A DNA stretch of 64,000 nucleotides from an uncultured Acidobacteriaceae bacterium (GTDB lineage Bacteria; Acidobacteriota; Terriglobia; Terriglobales; Acidobacteriaceae): NCBI GenBank assembly GCA_963770365.1, contig CAVYPN010000009.1, positions 30,089 through 94,088 on the forward strand, given 5' to 3'. The notes under the pieces are model-generated. The model searched no databases, was not told the DNA's origin, and saw only the letters and a list, made by a program, of their open reading frames with translations. Both the position numbers and the translations under genes were made by a program. Below, piece after piece: positions 20,948 through 30,497 of the stretch. The first letter of the stretch is position 1. Each line of letters starts with the position of its first letter.

Positions 20948-21616
20948 ATGGCAAACGTAGATGTTGTAAATCTGAACGGCGAAAAGGTGGGCTCGCTCGA
21001 ACTGGCCGATGCAGTGTATGGCCAGGTGAACGAAGCTCTGCTTTGGGAAGCGGTGAAGCACTATCGCGCTTCGCTGCGCCAGGGCACGCACAAGACCAAG
21101 AGCCGCACTGAAGTCGCCGGTTCTGGCAAAAAGCTGTGGAAGCAGAAGGGCACAGGCCGTGCGCGTATCGGCTCAGTGCGCTCGCCGCTGTGGCGGCACG
21201 GTTATACCGTGCATGGACCCAAGCCGCGCACCTATGACTATGCGTTCCCCCGCAAAAAGCTGCAGGGGGCGTTGCGTTCGGCGCTGGCTTCAAAGCTGGC
21301 CGACGGGAAGCTGACGGTGGTCGACACGCTGGAGCTGAAAGAAGGCAAGACCAAGCTCTATCGCCAGGCGCTGGACAAGCTGGACGTGACACGCACGGCG
21401 CTGATTGTCGAAAACGGCAAGACGCTTTCGCAGGCATTGATGCTGGGTGCGCGCAATCTCAAGGGTGTTGAGCTGGTGCTGAACAACGAAGTGCATCCCT
21501 ACGATCTGCTTCGGTATGAGCGTGCGATCTTCTCGAAGGCCGCGATCGAGCAGTTGACGGATTCGCTCGTGAAGACCGTTTCAAAGCGCAGCGCTGCGCA
21601 TACGGAGGCTGCGTAA
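20948..21616 (+). CDS. rplD: 50S ribosomal protein L4
   Basis: RQGTHKTK.R.EV.GSGKK.WKQKGTGRAR. Confidence 0.98.
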   Translation: MANVDVVNLNGEKVGSLELADAVYGQVNEALLWEAVKHYRASLRQGTHKTKSRTEVAGSGKKLWKQKGTGRARIGSVRSPLWRHGYTVHGPKPRTYDYAFPRKKLQGALRSALASKLADGKLTVVDTLELKEGKTKLYRQALDKLDVTRTALIVENGKTLSQALMLGARNLKGVELVLNNEVHPYDLLRYERAIFSKAAIEQLTDSLVKTVSKRSAAHTEAA

Positions 21617-21909
21617 TGTCGAGTCTTTATACGGTGATTCGCCGGCCCTTGATTACGGAAAAGGGCTTGAGCGTAAAGGAAACCGAGGGCACGCTGGTGT
21701 TTGACGTGGCTCCGGATGCTTCGAAGACTGAGGTGAAGCAGGCGGTTGAGGCTCTCTTCAAGGTGAAGGTGGCCGCGGTGCGGACAGCGAACGTGGTGGG
21801 CAAGGAACGTCGCCGCGGAAAGTTTGCCGGCTTCAGACCGGACTGGAAGAAGGCTTACGTTCGGCTGAAGGCCGGCGAGAAGCTGCCGGAGTACGTGAGC
21901 AACCTGTAA
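21616..21909 (+). CDS. rplW: 50S ribosomal protein L23
   Basis: RPLITEK, EVKQAVE.LF.VKV, WKKAYV.L; TAATG overlap with rplD. Confidence 0.98.
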   Translation: MSSLYTVIRRPLITEKGLSVKETEGTLVFDVAPDASKTEVKQAVEALFKVKVAAVRTANVVGKERRRGKFAGFRPDWKKAYVRLKAGEKLPEYVSNL

Positions 21910-21914
21910 CGATG

Positions 21915-22003
21915 AGTTCGCAGTTCGTAGTTCAGAGTTCGCGGTTCGAAGCGAATCTGGGCTGCAACAAAACTGAGAACTACGAACTTAGAACTGTGAA
22001 CTG
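21915..22003. repeat. Inverted heptamer array, class A (rplW-rplB)
   Basis: AGTTCGC AGTTCGT AGTTCAG AGTTCGC GGTTCGA - AACTGAG AACTACG AACTTAG AACTGTG AACTG. Confidence 0.9.
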
Positions 22004-22016
22004 GTAGGAAAAAACG

Positions 22017-22841
<825 letters not shown>

Positions 22842-22856
22842 AGGAGCTGAGGGTAT

Positions 22857-23159
22857 ATGGCACGTTCGACGAAAAAGGGCCCGTTTGTGGATGCGCACCT
22901 GACAACAAAGATCGAGGTGCTCAACGTGGCCAACGATAAGAAGGTCGTGAAGACCTGGTCGCGGCGCTCGACGATCTTCCCGGAGTTTGTGGGACACACG
23001 ATCGCGGTGCACAACGGCAAAAAGTTCGTTCCGGTGTACGTGACCGAGAACATGGTGGGACACAAGCTGGGCGAGTTTGCTCCGACGCGCACGTTCAAGG
23101 GGCATACGGGCGGATCAAAGGCGGCGGAAGCTGTGGCGAAGCCGGCGGGACCGCGGTAG
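22857..23159 (+). CDS. rpsS: 30S ribosomal protein S19
   Basis: [31 protein letters not shown]. Confidence 0.99.
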   Translation: MARSTKKGPFVDAHLTTKIEVLNVANDKKVVKTWSRRSTIFPEFVGHTIAVHNGKKFVPVYVTENMVGHKLGEFAPTRTFKGHTGGSKAAEAVAKPAGPR

Positions 23160-23164
23160 GAAAA

Positions 23165-23200
23165 GCAGTGAGCAGTGGACAGTGAGCAGTGAGTTCACTG
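23165..23200. repeat. Heptamer array, class B, truncated right arm (rpsS-rplV)
   Basis: AGTGAGC AGTGGAC AGTGAGC AGTGAG followed by a single TTCACTG. Confidence 0.75.
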
Positions 23201-23234
23201 AATACCGCCAGCAAAGATTTTGAGGAAGAGACCA

Positions 23235-23753
23235 ATGGCAGTCGAGACAAAAGAATACCGGGCAGAAGCGAGGTTCCAGCGGGTGTCGCCGCAGAAGGCG
23301 CGGCTGGTGCTGGACCTGATCAAGGGCCGGGGAGTTCAGGAAGCGCTGGAGACGGCGCAGTTCACCAAGAAGCGCATAGCTCCGGTGATTCACAAGCTGC
23401 TGACTTCGGCCGTCGACAACGCCAAGTACGTGACAGGCGAGCAGGGGATTGATCTGGACGTCGACAACCTCTATGTGAAGTTGGCAATTGCCAACGACGG
23501 TCCGCGCATGAAGAGGATCCGGCCCGCTCCAATGGGGCGTGCGTATCGCTATCAGCGCAGGCTGACGCACATTATTTTGTCAGTCGCCGAGCGCGATGGC
23601 GGGCACTCGCACCTGGTGACCAAGGCTGACGAGCCGGAGACCGCTGCGAAGTCGACCAAGAAGGCAGGGGCGAAAAAGACAGCCCCGAGGACGGCAAAGA
23701 AATCAGCGGCGAAGAAGCCGGTTGCTGCAGCGAAGAAGAAGGCCAAGAAGTAG
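23235..23753 (+). CDS. rplV: 50S ribosomal protein L22 with Lys/Ala-rich C-terminal tail
   Basis: SPQKARLV.DLIKG, RIRPAPMGRA, THI; tail AAKSTKKAGAKK...KKKAKK. Confidence 0.98.
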   Translation: MAVETKEYRAEARFQRVSPQKARLVLDLIKGRGVQEALETAQFTKKRIAPVIHKLLTSAVDNAKYVTGEQGIDLDVDNLYVKLAIANDGPRMKRIRPAPMGRAYRYQRRLTHIILSVAERDGGHSHLVTKADEPETAAKSTKKAGAKKTAPRTAKKSAAKKPVAAAKKKAKK

Positions 23754-23890
23754 GCCGAGGATATTTTCAGGGTCGGTGCAAGCCGAAGCCTGGACAGTAA
23801 AGTCGACGCAGCCATCAGGGAGCGGCGATTCGAAAAAGGAACAAGGGCGCTGCAACCCTGGAAATGCAGTAGAGGTTTGAGGAAAAAAGT

Positions 23891-24559
23891 ATGGGACAGA
23901 AAGTCCACCCTTATGGATTCCGGCTGGGAGTGAACAAGCCGTGGCGTTCGCGCTGGTTCTCTGAGCGCGACTATGACAAGCTCCTGGTTGAAGACGTGAA
24001 GCTCAAGGCTGAGCTGCGCGAAAAGCTCAAGGCTGCCGGCGTGAGCTCGGTGGAAATCGAGCGTCCGGGCAACAAGCTGCGCTTCCTGATTCGCACCGCG
24101 CGTCCGGGTATCGTCATCGGCCGCAAGGGCGCGGAGATCGAGAAGCTCAAGACCGAGCTCGGCAAGCGCACCAACCGCGAAGTGTTCATCGACATCATCG
24201 AGGTGAACAAGCCGGAGCTGGATGCACAGCTGGTGTCGGAGAACATCGCGCTGCAGCTTGAAAAGCGCGTGAGCTTCCGCCGCGCGATGCGCAAGAGCGT
24301 GGATTCGGCGCTGCGTTTCGGCTGCAAGGGAATCAAGGTGCGTGTCTCGGGCCGTTTGAACGGCAACGAAATCGCGAGGTCGGAGTGGTATCTGCAGGGG
24401 CGGTTGCCGCTGCATACGCTGCGCGCGGATATCGACTACGGGTTTACCGAGGCGCATACCACCTACGGCGTAATCGGCGTCAAGACGTGGATCTATCGCG
24501 GCGACATTTATGAGCAGAAGCGCCGTCAGCCCGCGCCGGCAGGTTCGGGAGTGTTTTAA
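23891..24559 (+). CDS. rpsC: 30S ribosomal protein S3
   Basis: [33 protein letters not shown]. Confidence 0.99.
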   Translation: MGQKVHPYGFRLGVNKPWRSRWFSERDYDKLLVEDVKLKAELREKLKAAGVSSVEIERPGNKLRFLIRTARPGIVIGRKGAEIEKLKTELGKRTNREVFIDIIEVNKPELDAQLVSENIALQLEKRVSFRRAMRKSVDSALRFGCKGIKVRVSGRLNGNEIARSEWYLQGRLPLHTLRADIDYGFTEAHTTYGVIGVKTWIYRGDIYEQKRRQPAPAGSGVF

Positions 24560-24561
24560 CG

Positions 24562-24653
24562 GCAGTTCATTGTTCACAGTTCTTAGTTCGCAGTTGCGAT
24601 TAGCGCTGTTGAGCGGCAAGGACTGAGAACTACGAACTTAGAACTTTGAACTG
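24562..24653. repeat. Inverted heptamer array, class A (rpsC-rplP)
   Basis: AGTTCAT TGTTCAC AGTTCTT AGTTCGC AGTTG - GACTGAG AACTACG AACTTAG AACTTTG AACTG. Confidence 0.9.
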
Positions 24654-24671
24654 AGTTTTGAGGATTTCGCT

Positions 24672-25118
24672 ATGTTGATGCCGAAGAAGGTTAAGTTCAG
24701 GAAGCAACAGAAGGGCAAGCGCCGTGGTAAAGCGTGGCGCGGTTCCTCTCTGTCTTTCGGTGAGTACGGTTTGAAGGTCCTGGAGTGCGGCTACATCACT
24801 GACCGGCAGATCGAAGCCAGCCGTATTGCCATGACCCGCTTCATCAAGCGCGGCGGCAAGATCTGGCTGCGGCTGTTTCCGGACAAGCCGATCACCAAGA
24901 AGCCGGCCGAAGTTCGAATGGGTTCGGGCAAGGGCGCACTGGATCACTGGGTAGCCGTGGTTCGTCCCGGCAAGATCCTGTTCGAGATGGAAGGCGTGAC
25001 GCCGGAGATCGCGCAGGAAGCCATGCGCCTGGCTTCGAACAAACTGCCGCTGAAGACGAAATTCGTGCAGCGTCCGGGCGCCGAGAAGACAGCAGCGGTT
25101 GAAAAGAAGTCGGCCTAG
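24672..25118 (+). CDS. rplP: 50S ribosomal protein L16
   Basis: [24 protein letters not shown]. Confidence 0.99.
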   Translation: MLMPKKVKFRKQQKGKRRGKAWRGSSLSFGEYGLKVLECGYITDRQIEASRIAMTRFIKRGGKIWLRLFPDKPITKKPAEVRMGSGKGALDHWVAVVRPGKILFEMEGVTPEIAQEAMRLASNKLPLKTKFVQRPGAEKTAAVEKKSA

Positions 25119-25172
25119 GGAAAGACGCGCCGCAGATTCCCGCGGGAATGGGCAGAGCGCCGGAGAGAAGAG

Positions 25173-25586
25173 ATGGAACTCACAAAGATTCGTAGTTTGA
25201 GCGACGACGAGCTGCTGCACCAGGAGAAGACCTCCGCCGAGCAGTTGTTCCGGCTTCGCTTTCAGGTCTCGATGGGGCAGAACGACGGAGTGAAGAAGCT
25301 CCGCCAGTTGCGCAAGGAGATCGCACAGATCAAGACGGTTTCGCGCGAGCGCGAACTGGGCGTTCGTGGAGCGCAGCACGAGCTGGTCTCGACCTTGCCC
25401 GCGAGCGAAGAGAAGAAAAGCGCCGCCAAGAAGACCGTGAAGAAGACGGTGAAGAAGGCAGCGAAGCCGGCGAAAGGCAAGTCTGGCGCAAAGAAGAGCG
25501 TGAAGAAGGGCCCAAGGTCGACCGCCAAGAAGAGTGCGAAAAAGAGTGCAGCGGCCAGCGCAACGAAGAAGGGAGCCGGTAAATGA
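25173..25586 (+). CDS. rpmC: 50S ribosomal protein L29 with long Lys/Ala-rich C-terminal extension
   Basis: [19 protein letters not shown] core followed by [11 protein letters not shown]... (137 aa total). Confidence 0.95.
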   Translation: MELTKIRSLSDDELLHQEKTSAEQLFRLRFQVSMGQNDGVKKLRQLRKEIAQIKTVSRERELGVRGAQHELVSTLPASEEKKSAAKKTVKKTVKKAAKPAKGKSGAKKSVKKGPRSTAKKSAKKSAAASATKKGAGK

Positions 25587-25915
25587 CGGTAGCAACTGAG
25601 AAGCAGGCGCCGGCGTCCCGGCGTAACGAGAAGGTGGGCAACGTGGTTTCGACCAAGATGCAGAAGACCATCGTGGTCGAGGTCGAGATGCGCAAGGCCC
25701 ATCCAAAGTACAAGCGCATTGTGAAGAGCTCGAAAAAGTTCTATGCGCACGATGAGCAGAACTCAGCGCGCCTCGGCGATGTGGTCCGCATTCGCGAGAC
25801 CAGGCCGCTGAGCAAGCTGAAGCGGTGGTCACTCGAAGAGATTGTCCGGCGTTCGTCGCTGGCGCAGATTGAAGACACGGCTGGAACAGCCGCTGAAGTA
25901 GAAGCCGCCAAGTAG
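25583..25915 (+). CDS. rpsQ: 30S ribosomal protein S17
   Basis: [30 protein letters not shown]. Confidence 0.98.
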   Translation: MTVATEKQAPASRRNEKVGNVVSTKMQKTIVVEVEMRKAHPKYKRIVKSSKKFYAHDEQNSARLGDVVRIRETRPLSKLKRWSLEEIVRRSSLAQIEDTAGTAAEVEAAK

Positions 25916-25941
25916 GCGGAGCGGTTTAAGGAGAAGAATCC

Positions 25942-26313
25942 ATGGCTGTGCAAATGAGAACCATGCTCGCGGTGGCCGACAACTCCGGCGCGCGCAAGCT
26001 GCAGGTGATTCTGCCGCTCGGCGGCGGCCTCGGCAAGATCGCCGGTCTCGGCGATGTAGTGACTGCCGCGGTGAAGGAAGCTTCGCCGGATGGCACGGTG
26101 AAGAAGGGCAAAGTGGTGAAGGCGGTGATTGTCCGCACCCGCAAGGAGCACCGTCGCCGTGACGGAACGTATATCCGCTTCGACGAGAACGCGGCAGTGG
26201 TGATCGACGATGCGCACGAGCCCGTAGGGACGCGCGTATTCGGGCCAGTCGCTCGCGAACTGCGTGAGAAGAAGTTTTTGAAGATTGTGTCACTGGCACC
26301 GGAAGTGGTGTAA
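25942..26313 (+). CDS. rplN: 50S ribosomal protein L14
   Basis: [31 protein letters not shown]. Confidence 0.99.
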   Translation: MAVQMRTMLAVADNSGARKLQVILPLGGGLGKIAGLGDVVTAAVKEASPDGTVKKGKVVKAVIVRTRKEHRRRDGTYIRFDENAAVVIDDAHEPVGTRVFGPVARELREKKFLKIVSLAPEVV

Positions 26314-26315
26314 CG

Positions 26316-26398
26316 AGTGACGAGTTCAAAGTTCATAGTTCGCAGTTCACGGTAACTGCACAAAGAACTCAGAACTTCGAACTTAGAACAAAGAACTG
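26316..26398. repeat. Inverted heptamer array, class A (rplN-rplX)
   Basis: AGTGACG AGTTCAA AGTTCAT AGTTCGC AGTTCAC - AACTCAG AACTTCG AACTTAG AACAAAG AACTG. Confidence 0.9.
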
Positions 26399-26412
26399 TT
26401 TCGGAGAAACAA

Positions 26413-26739
26413 ATGCCGAGTTTGAATATTCGTCGTAACGATGTGGTGAAGGTGCTCGCGGGTTCTGATAGCGGCAAGACCGGGCGTGTGCTGCGTGTGT
26501 TTCCCGACAAGGGAACGGTGCTGGTGGAGCATGTGCGCGTGGTGAAGAAGACGGTCTCGAGCAAGCGGGGACAGCGGACCAAGGGCGGCATTGCGGAACA
26601 CGAGTCCCCAATCAACGTGTCGAATGTGGCTCTGCTCTGCCCTAACTGCGAAACGGCCAGCATCGGCTACAAGGTTGAGGGTACGAGCAAACAGCGGATA
26701 TGCAAGACGTGTGGCAGCGAGTTGCCCACGAAGAAGTAA
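26413..26739 (+). CDS. rplX: 50S ribosomal protein L24
   Basis: D.V.VLAG.D.GK.G.V, E.PI.VSNV, CxxC...CxxC. Confidence 0.98.
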   Translation: MPSLNIRRNDVVKVLAGSDSGKTGRVLRVFPDKGTVLVEHVRVVKKTVSSKRGQRTKGGIAEHESPINVSNVALLCPNCETASIGYKVEGTSKQRICKTCGSELPTKK

Positions 26740-26743
26740 TGAA

Positions 26744-26820
26744 GCAGTTTTCAGTCGTCAGTTCTCAGTCTTCAGTTGTTGGTGTTGCGAGTCGAGAGAC
26801 ATGGCGATCTGAGGGCTGAT
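26744..26820. repeat. Heptamer array, class C, degenerate right arm (rplX-rplE)
   Basis: AGTTTTC AGTCGTC AGTTCTC AGTCTTC AGTTGTT; weak inverse ATCTGAG GGCTGAT. Confidence 0.75.
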
Positions 26821-26896
26821 ACAGGAACCTTCCGTAGCGGTAAACGGATCGACAAAGCGATCCACTCCGAAGACCGGAAGAAAGAGAGTGAAGGAA

Positions 26897-27445
26897 ATGG
26901 CAGCAAGGCTGAAAGAGAAGTACAACAAAGAGATCAAGCAGGCGCTCAAGAAGGAACTCGGCATCGAGAACATGATGGCCGTTCCGCGGCTTGAGAAGGT
27001 CGTCATCAACATGGGCCTGGGCGAAGCAACGCAGAACACCAAATTGCTCGATCCTCTGGTTGGCGATCTGACGCAGATTACCGGACAGAAGCCGGTAATG
27101 ACGAAGGCGAAGAAGTCCATTGCCGCTTTCAAGGTGCGCGCCGGCATGTCCATCGGAGCGATGGTGACCTTGCGCAACGAAAAGGCATACGAGTTTGTCG
27201 ACCGCCTGATTTCGACAGCATTGCCGCGGGTTCGCGATTTTCGCGGTGTGTCGACCAAGAGTTTTGACGGGCGCGGCAATTACACGCTCGGACTGCGCGA
27301 CCAGCTGATCTTCCCGGAGATTGATTACTCGAAGGTGGAAAAGCTGAAAGGCATGAACATCACGATCGTGACCACGGCGAAGGACGACAACGGAGCGCGC
27401 GCGCTTCTCAAGGCCTTCGGCATGCCGTTCCGGCAAGGGGCGTAA
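26897..27445 (+). CDS. rplE: 50S ribosomal protein L5
   Basis: [33 protein letters not shown]. Confidence 0.99.
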   Translation: MAARLKEKYNKEIKQALKKELGIENMMAVPRLEKVVINMGLGEATQNTKLLDPLVGDLTQITGQKPVMTKAKKSIAAFKVRAGMSIGAMVTLRNEKAYEFVDRLISTALPRVRDFRGVSTKSFDGRGNYTLGLRDQLIFPEIDYSKVEKLKGMNITIVTTAKDDNGARALLKAFGMPFRQGA

Positions 27446-27448
27446 GAA

Positions 27449-27538
27449 CAGTTCGTAGTTCGAAGTTCGTAGTTCAGCAGCTTCATGGTGCTGAGGAACC
27501 GCAAAGAACTGAGAACTAAGAACTCAGAACTGTGAACT
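27449..27538. repeat. Inverted heptamer array, class A (rplE-rpsN)
   Basis: AGTTCGT AGTTCGA AGTTCGT AGTTCAG - AACTGAG AACTAAG AACTCAG AACTGTG AACT. Confidence 0.9.
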
Positions 27539-27549
27539 ATTGAGGATTT

Positions 27550-27735
27550 ATGGCAACTACTGCAAAGAGAGTGAAGGACGCGCGGAAGCCGAAGTTCAGC
27601 TCCCGCAAACACAACCGGTGCAAGCTCTGCGGACGTCCGCGGGGATACCTGCGGAAGTTCGGCATGTGCCGCTTGTGTTTCCGTGGGCTGGCGCTTAAGG
27701 GCGAAATCCCCGGCGTCGTGAAGTCGAGCTGGTAG
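27550..27735 (+). CDS. rpsN: 30S ribosomal protein S14, type Z (zinc-binding)
   Basis: 61 aa, [24 protein letters not shown]. Confidence 0.98.
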   Translation: MATTAKRVKDARKPKFSSRKHNRCKLCGRPRGYLRKFGMCRLCFRGLALKGEIPGVVKSSW

Positions 27736-27742
27736 CAAGAGA

Positions 27743-27815
27743 AGTTCGCAGTTCAGAGTTCTTAGTTCGCAGTTTCACCGTCAACTAAGAACTACGAACC
27801 ACGAACTTAGAACTG
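27743..27815. repeat. Inverted heptamer array, class A (rpsN-rpsH)
   Basis: AGTTCGC AGTTCAG AGTTCTT AGTTCGC AGTT - AACTAAG AACTACG AACCACG AACTTAG AACTG. Confidence 0.9.
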
Positions 27816-27893
27816 GGGCGAGAGCCCCACGCATTTCCGCTGGTTCTCCTGATGAAGCGAGACCGGGAGCGAACGGGGAATGAAGGAGAAGGA

Positions 27894-28289
27894 ATGAGTC
27901 TGACCGACCCAGTAGCAGATTTTCTGGCGCGGATCCGGAATGCAATCCGGGCGCGTCATCAGAAGCTGGATGTGCCGGCTTCCAAGTTGAAGACCGAGAT
28001 CGCCCGCATTCTCAAGGAAGAGGGCTACATTTCGAACTACAAGACGCAGGAAGAGGATGGCAAGCTGATTCTCCGCGTGTACCTGAAGTACGGCGGACAG
28101 GAAGCGGCTATTCGTGACCTGGCACGCATTTCGCGTCCCGGTTGCCGCGTATACATCGGCCGCGACGAGATCAAGCGTGTCCAGGGTGGACTTGGCATTT
28201 CGATCATGACGACCCCCAAGGGCGTGATGACCGGCCGCCAGGCACGCCGCGAAGGTGTGGGCGGCGAGCTGCTTTGTGAGGTGTGGTAA
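27894..28289 (+). CDS. rpsH: 30S ribosomal protein S8
   Basis: TDPVADFL.RIRNA, ILKEEGYI, ISRPGCRVY, GGELLC.VW. Confidence 0.99.
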   Translation: MSLTDPVADFLARIRNAIRARHQKLDVPASKLKTEIARILKEEGYISNYKTQEEDGKLILRVYLKYGGQEAAIRDLARISRPGCRVYIGRDEIKRVQGGLGISIMTTPKGVMTGRQARREGVGGELLCEVW

Positions 28290-28295
28290 AAGGCC

Positions 28296-28383
28296 AGTTT
28301 GAAGTTCAGAGTTTGTAGTTCACAGTTGGCTTCATAACGGCACAATTGGAAACTAAAAACTGCGAACTAAGAACTGTGAACTG
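28296..28383. repeat. Inverted heptamer array, class A (rpsH-rplF)
   Basis: AGTTTGA AGTTCAG AGTTTGT AGTTCAC AGTTG - AACTAAA AACTGCG AACTAAG AACTGTG AACTG. Confidence 0.9.
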
Positions 28384-28426
28384 CCGGACATCAGTCCGGC
28401 CCGGCTGCAGTGGAACGAAACGTTGA

Positions 28427-28460
28427 AGCTGATCACTGAAGACTGATCACTGACAACTGC
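28427..28460. repeat. Orphan right-arm heptamer array (second element in rpsH-rplF spacer)
   Basis: AGCTGAT CACTGAA GACTGAT CACTGAC AACTGC without a matching left arm. Confidence 0.7.
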
Positions 28461-28498
28461 TTTTTCGGGACTCGCAAGCCAAATGAAGGATTGACTTA

Positions 28499-29038
28499 AT
28501 GTCGCGTATTGGAAAGAAAGTGATTCCGCTGCCCTCCGGCGTGAAGTACAAGGTTGAGGGCAACACGGTCCTCGTCGAAGGGCCCAAGGGAAAGGTGTCG
28601 GCGATGATTGCGGATGGCATCTCGCTCGAGACCAAGGATGGCGCGTTGCATGTGAACCGCGCCAGCGAAGACAAGGCTGCGGTGCATGGACTGACGCGCG
28701 CCCTGGTGTTCAATGCGGTGCACGGTGTGACCAAGGGCTGGACGAAAGAACTGGATATCGTCGGCATCGGCTATCGCGCCGAGTTGAAGGGGAAGGGCAC
28801 GGTCGTCTTCACGCTGGGCTACTCGCATCCGATCGAGGTTCCGCTGCCCACGGGAATTGAAGTCGCTATTGATCCAAAGCAGACGCACCTCACCATCACC
28901 GGCATTGACCGGCAAAAGGTAGGCCAGGTTGCTGCCGATATGCGATCGCTGCGCAAGCCGGATCCGTACAAGAACAAGGGCGTGCGCTACTCGGACGAGA
29001 AGCTGAAGAAGAAGGCCGGCAAGACGGGCGCCAAGTAG
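28499..29038 (+). CDS. rplF: 50S ribosomal protein L6
   Basis: MSRIGKK, GPKG.., [23 protein letters not shown]. Confidence 0.99.
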   Translation: MSRIGKKVIPLPSGVKYKVEGNTVLVEGPKGKVSAMIADGISLETKDGALHVNRASEDKAAVHGLTRALVFNAVHGVTKGWTKELDIVGIGYRAELKGKGTVVFTLGYSHPIEVPLPTGIEVAIDPKQTHLTITGIDRQKVGQVAADMRSLRKPDPYKNKGVRYSDEKLKKKAGKTGAK

Positions 29039-29119
29039 TTTGCAGTTCTTAGTTCGTAGTTCACAGTTTCAACTGTGCTGGAACATAACTACGAACTCTG
29101 AACTCAGAACTTTGAACTG
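29037..29119. repeat. Inverted heptamer array, class A (rplF-rplR)
   Basis: AGTTTGC (overlaps TAG) AGTTCTT AGTTCGT AGTTCAC AGTT - AACTACG AACTCTG AACTCAG AACTTTG AACTG. Confidence 0.9.
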
Positions 29120-29173
29120 ATTAAAACCCGAACGGGGCCGTAGGTCGGCTCCGCTGATAGGAAAGAGACGCAG

Positions 29174-29521
29174 ATGATCAAGAGAAATGAAATTCGCCAG
29201 CGGATCCACTCCCGCATTCGCGCGAAGCTGGCAGGCACAGGTGAGCGGCCTCGGCTGAACGTGTACCGTTCGCTGAACCACATCTACGCGCAAGTGATTG
29301 ACGACCAGAAGGGTGTGACCATTGTGTCCGCCTCAACGCTGGCGACAAAATCGAAGACCGGTGGCAACGTGGCCGCTGCCAAGGAAATCGGCAAAACGAT
29401 CGCCGAGAAGGCGCAGGAAAAGGGCGTCAAGAAGGTGGTATTTGATCGCGGCGGCTTCCTGTATCACGGGCGCATCAAGGCCCTTGCCGAGGCAGCGCGC
29501 GAAGCAGGGCTTGAGTTCTAA
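29174..29521 (+). CDS. rplR: 50S ribosomal protein L18
   Basis: [33 protein letters not shown]. Confidence 0.99.
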   Translation: MIKRNEIRQRIHSRIRAKLAGTGERPRLNVYRSLNHIYAQVIDDQKGVTIVSASTLATKSKTGGNVAAAKEIGKTIAEKAQEKGVKKVVFDRGGFLYHGRIKALAEAAREAGLEF

Positions 29522-29523
29522 AA

Positions 29524-29630
29524 GCAGTGAACAGTGAAACAGTGGTCAGTTTCATTTGCGGTGACGCTGAAATCTCTGGCAAGACGAACGGGACAAGCTG
29601 AACACTGTTCACTGAACACTGTTCACTGAA
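29524..29630. repeat. Inverted heptamer array, class B (rplR-rpsE)
   Basis: AGTGAAC AGTGAAAC AGTGGTC AGTTTCA - CACTGTT CACTGAA CACTGTT CACTGAA. Confidence 0.85.
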
Positions 29631-29642
29631 AAAGAGAGAGCA

Positions 29643-30152
29643 ATGATGATCTTGAATAAGAAACTCGATGCCAACCAATACAACCTGAAGGATCAGGTGG
29701 TTTCCATTAACCGCGTGACCAAGGTGGTGAAGGGCGGCAAGAACATGTCGTTTGCCGCGCTGGTAGTGGTAGGCGATGCCGCCTCGGGTGTGGTGGGTTA
29801 CGGATCGGGCAAGGCGAAGGAAGTTCCCCAGGCCATTCGCAAAGGAATTGAAGCGGCCAAGAAAAACCTGGTTCGCATCAACCTGACCGATACGACGATT
29901 CCGCACCAGGTGCTGGGCCGCTACGGTTCGGGCCACGTGTTGCTGAAGCCGGCTCCAGAAGGAACGGGTGTGATTGCCGGCGGTGCGGTTCGCGCGGTGA
30001 TGACCTCAGTAGGCGTGCAGAACGTGCTGACCAAGAGCCTGGGAACGGCGAACCCGCACAACGTGATCAAGGCGACGTTCGATGCCTTGGTCCAGCTGCG
30101 TGACAGAGCCGATGTCGCAACAGCCCGCGGCAAGCAGGTTGAGGAGCTTTAA
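29643..30152 (+). CDS. rpsE: 30S ribosomal protein S5
   Basis: [38 protein letters not shown]. Confidence 0.99.
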   Translation: MMILNKKLDANQYNLKDQVVSINRVTKVVKGGKNMSFAALVVVGDAASGVVGYGSGKAKEVPQAIRKGIEAAKKNLVRINLTDTTIPHQVLGRYGSGHVLLKPAPEGTGVIAGGAVRAVMTSVGVQNVLTKSLGTANPHNVIKATFDALVQLRDRADVATARGKQVEEL

Positions 30153-30154
30153 TC

Positions 30155-30343
30155 ATGGCTGAAACCAAGAAGATTCGTATTGAATACTACCGCTCCAAGA
30201 ACTCCACCCCCGCCAAGCACAAAGCGGTTGTGAAGGGCCTTGGCTTTACGCGGCTCAACCAGGTCGTTGAGCGCGTGGACAACGAGTCAGTGCGTGGCAT
30301 GGTGAAGAAGGTGCCGCACCTTGTGCGAATTCTGGAAAACTAG
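30155..30343 (+). CDS. rpmD: 50S ribosomal protein L30
   Basis: 62 aa in canonical position; GLG..RLNQ.V...DN.SVRGMV.KV.HLV. Confidence 0.95.
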   Translation: MAETKKIRIEYYRSKNSTPAKHKAVVKGLGFTRLNQVVERVDNESVRGMVKKVPHLVRILEN

Positions 30344-30359
30344 TTTTCCAGAATTCGCA
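30324..30359. repeat. Perfect 36-bp palindrome centred on the rpmD stop codon
   Basis: TGCGAATTCTGGAAAACT|AGTTTTCCAGAATTCGCA; checked base by base. Confidence 0.95.
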
Positions 30360-30441
30360 GTTCACAGTTCTTAGTTCACAGTTCAGCACGTTCGCAGGAA
30401 CCTCGAACAACTGCGAACTTAGAACTACGAACTCAGAACTG
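30352..30441. repeat. Inverted heptamer array, class A (rpmD-rplO)
   Basis: AATTCGC AGTTCAC AGTTCTT AGTTCAC AGTTCAG - AACTGCG AACTTAG AACTACG AACTCAG AACTG. Confidence 0.9.
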
Positions 30442-30497
30442 AACGTAACGCGAGTCGATGGGGATCAACCTCACCGGCGCTATTAGCGAGGAAAATC

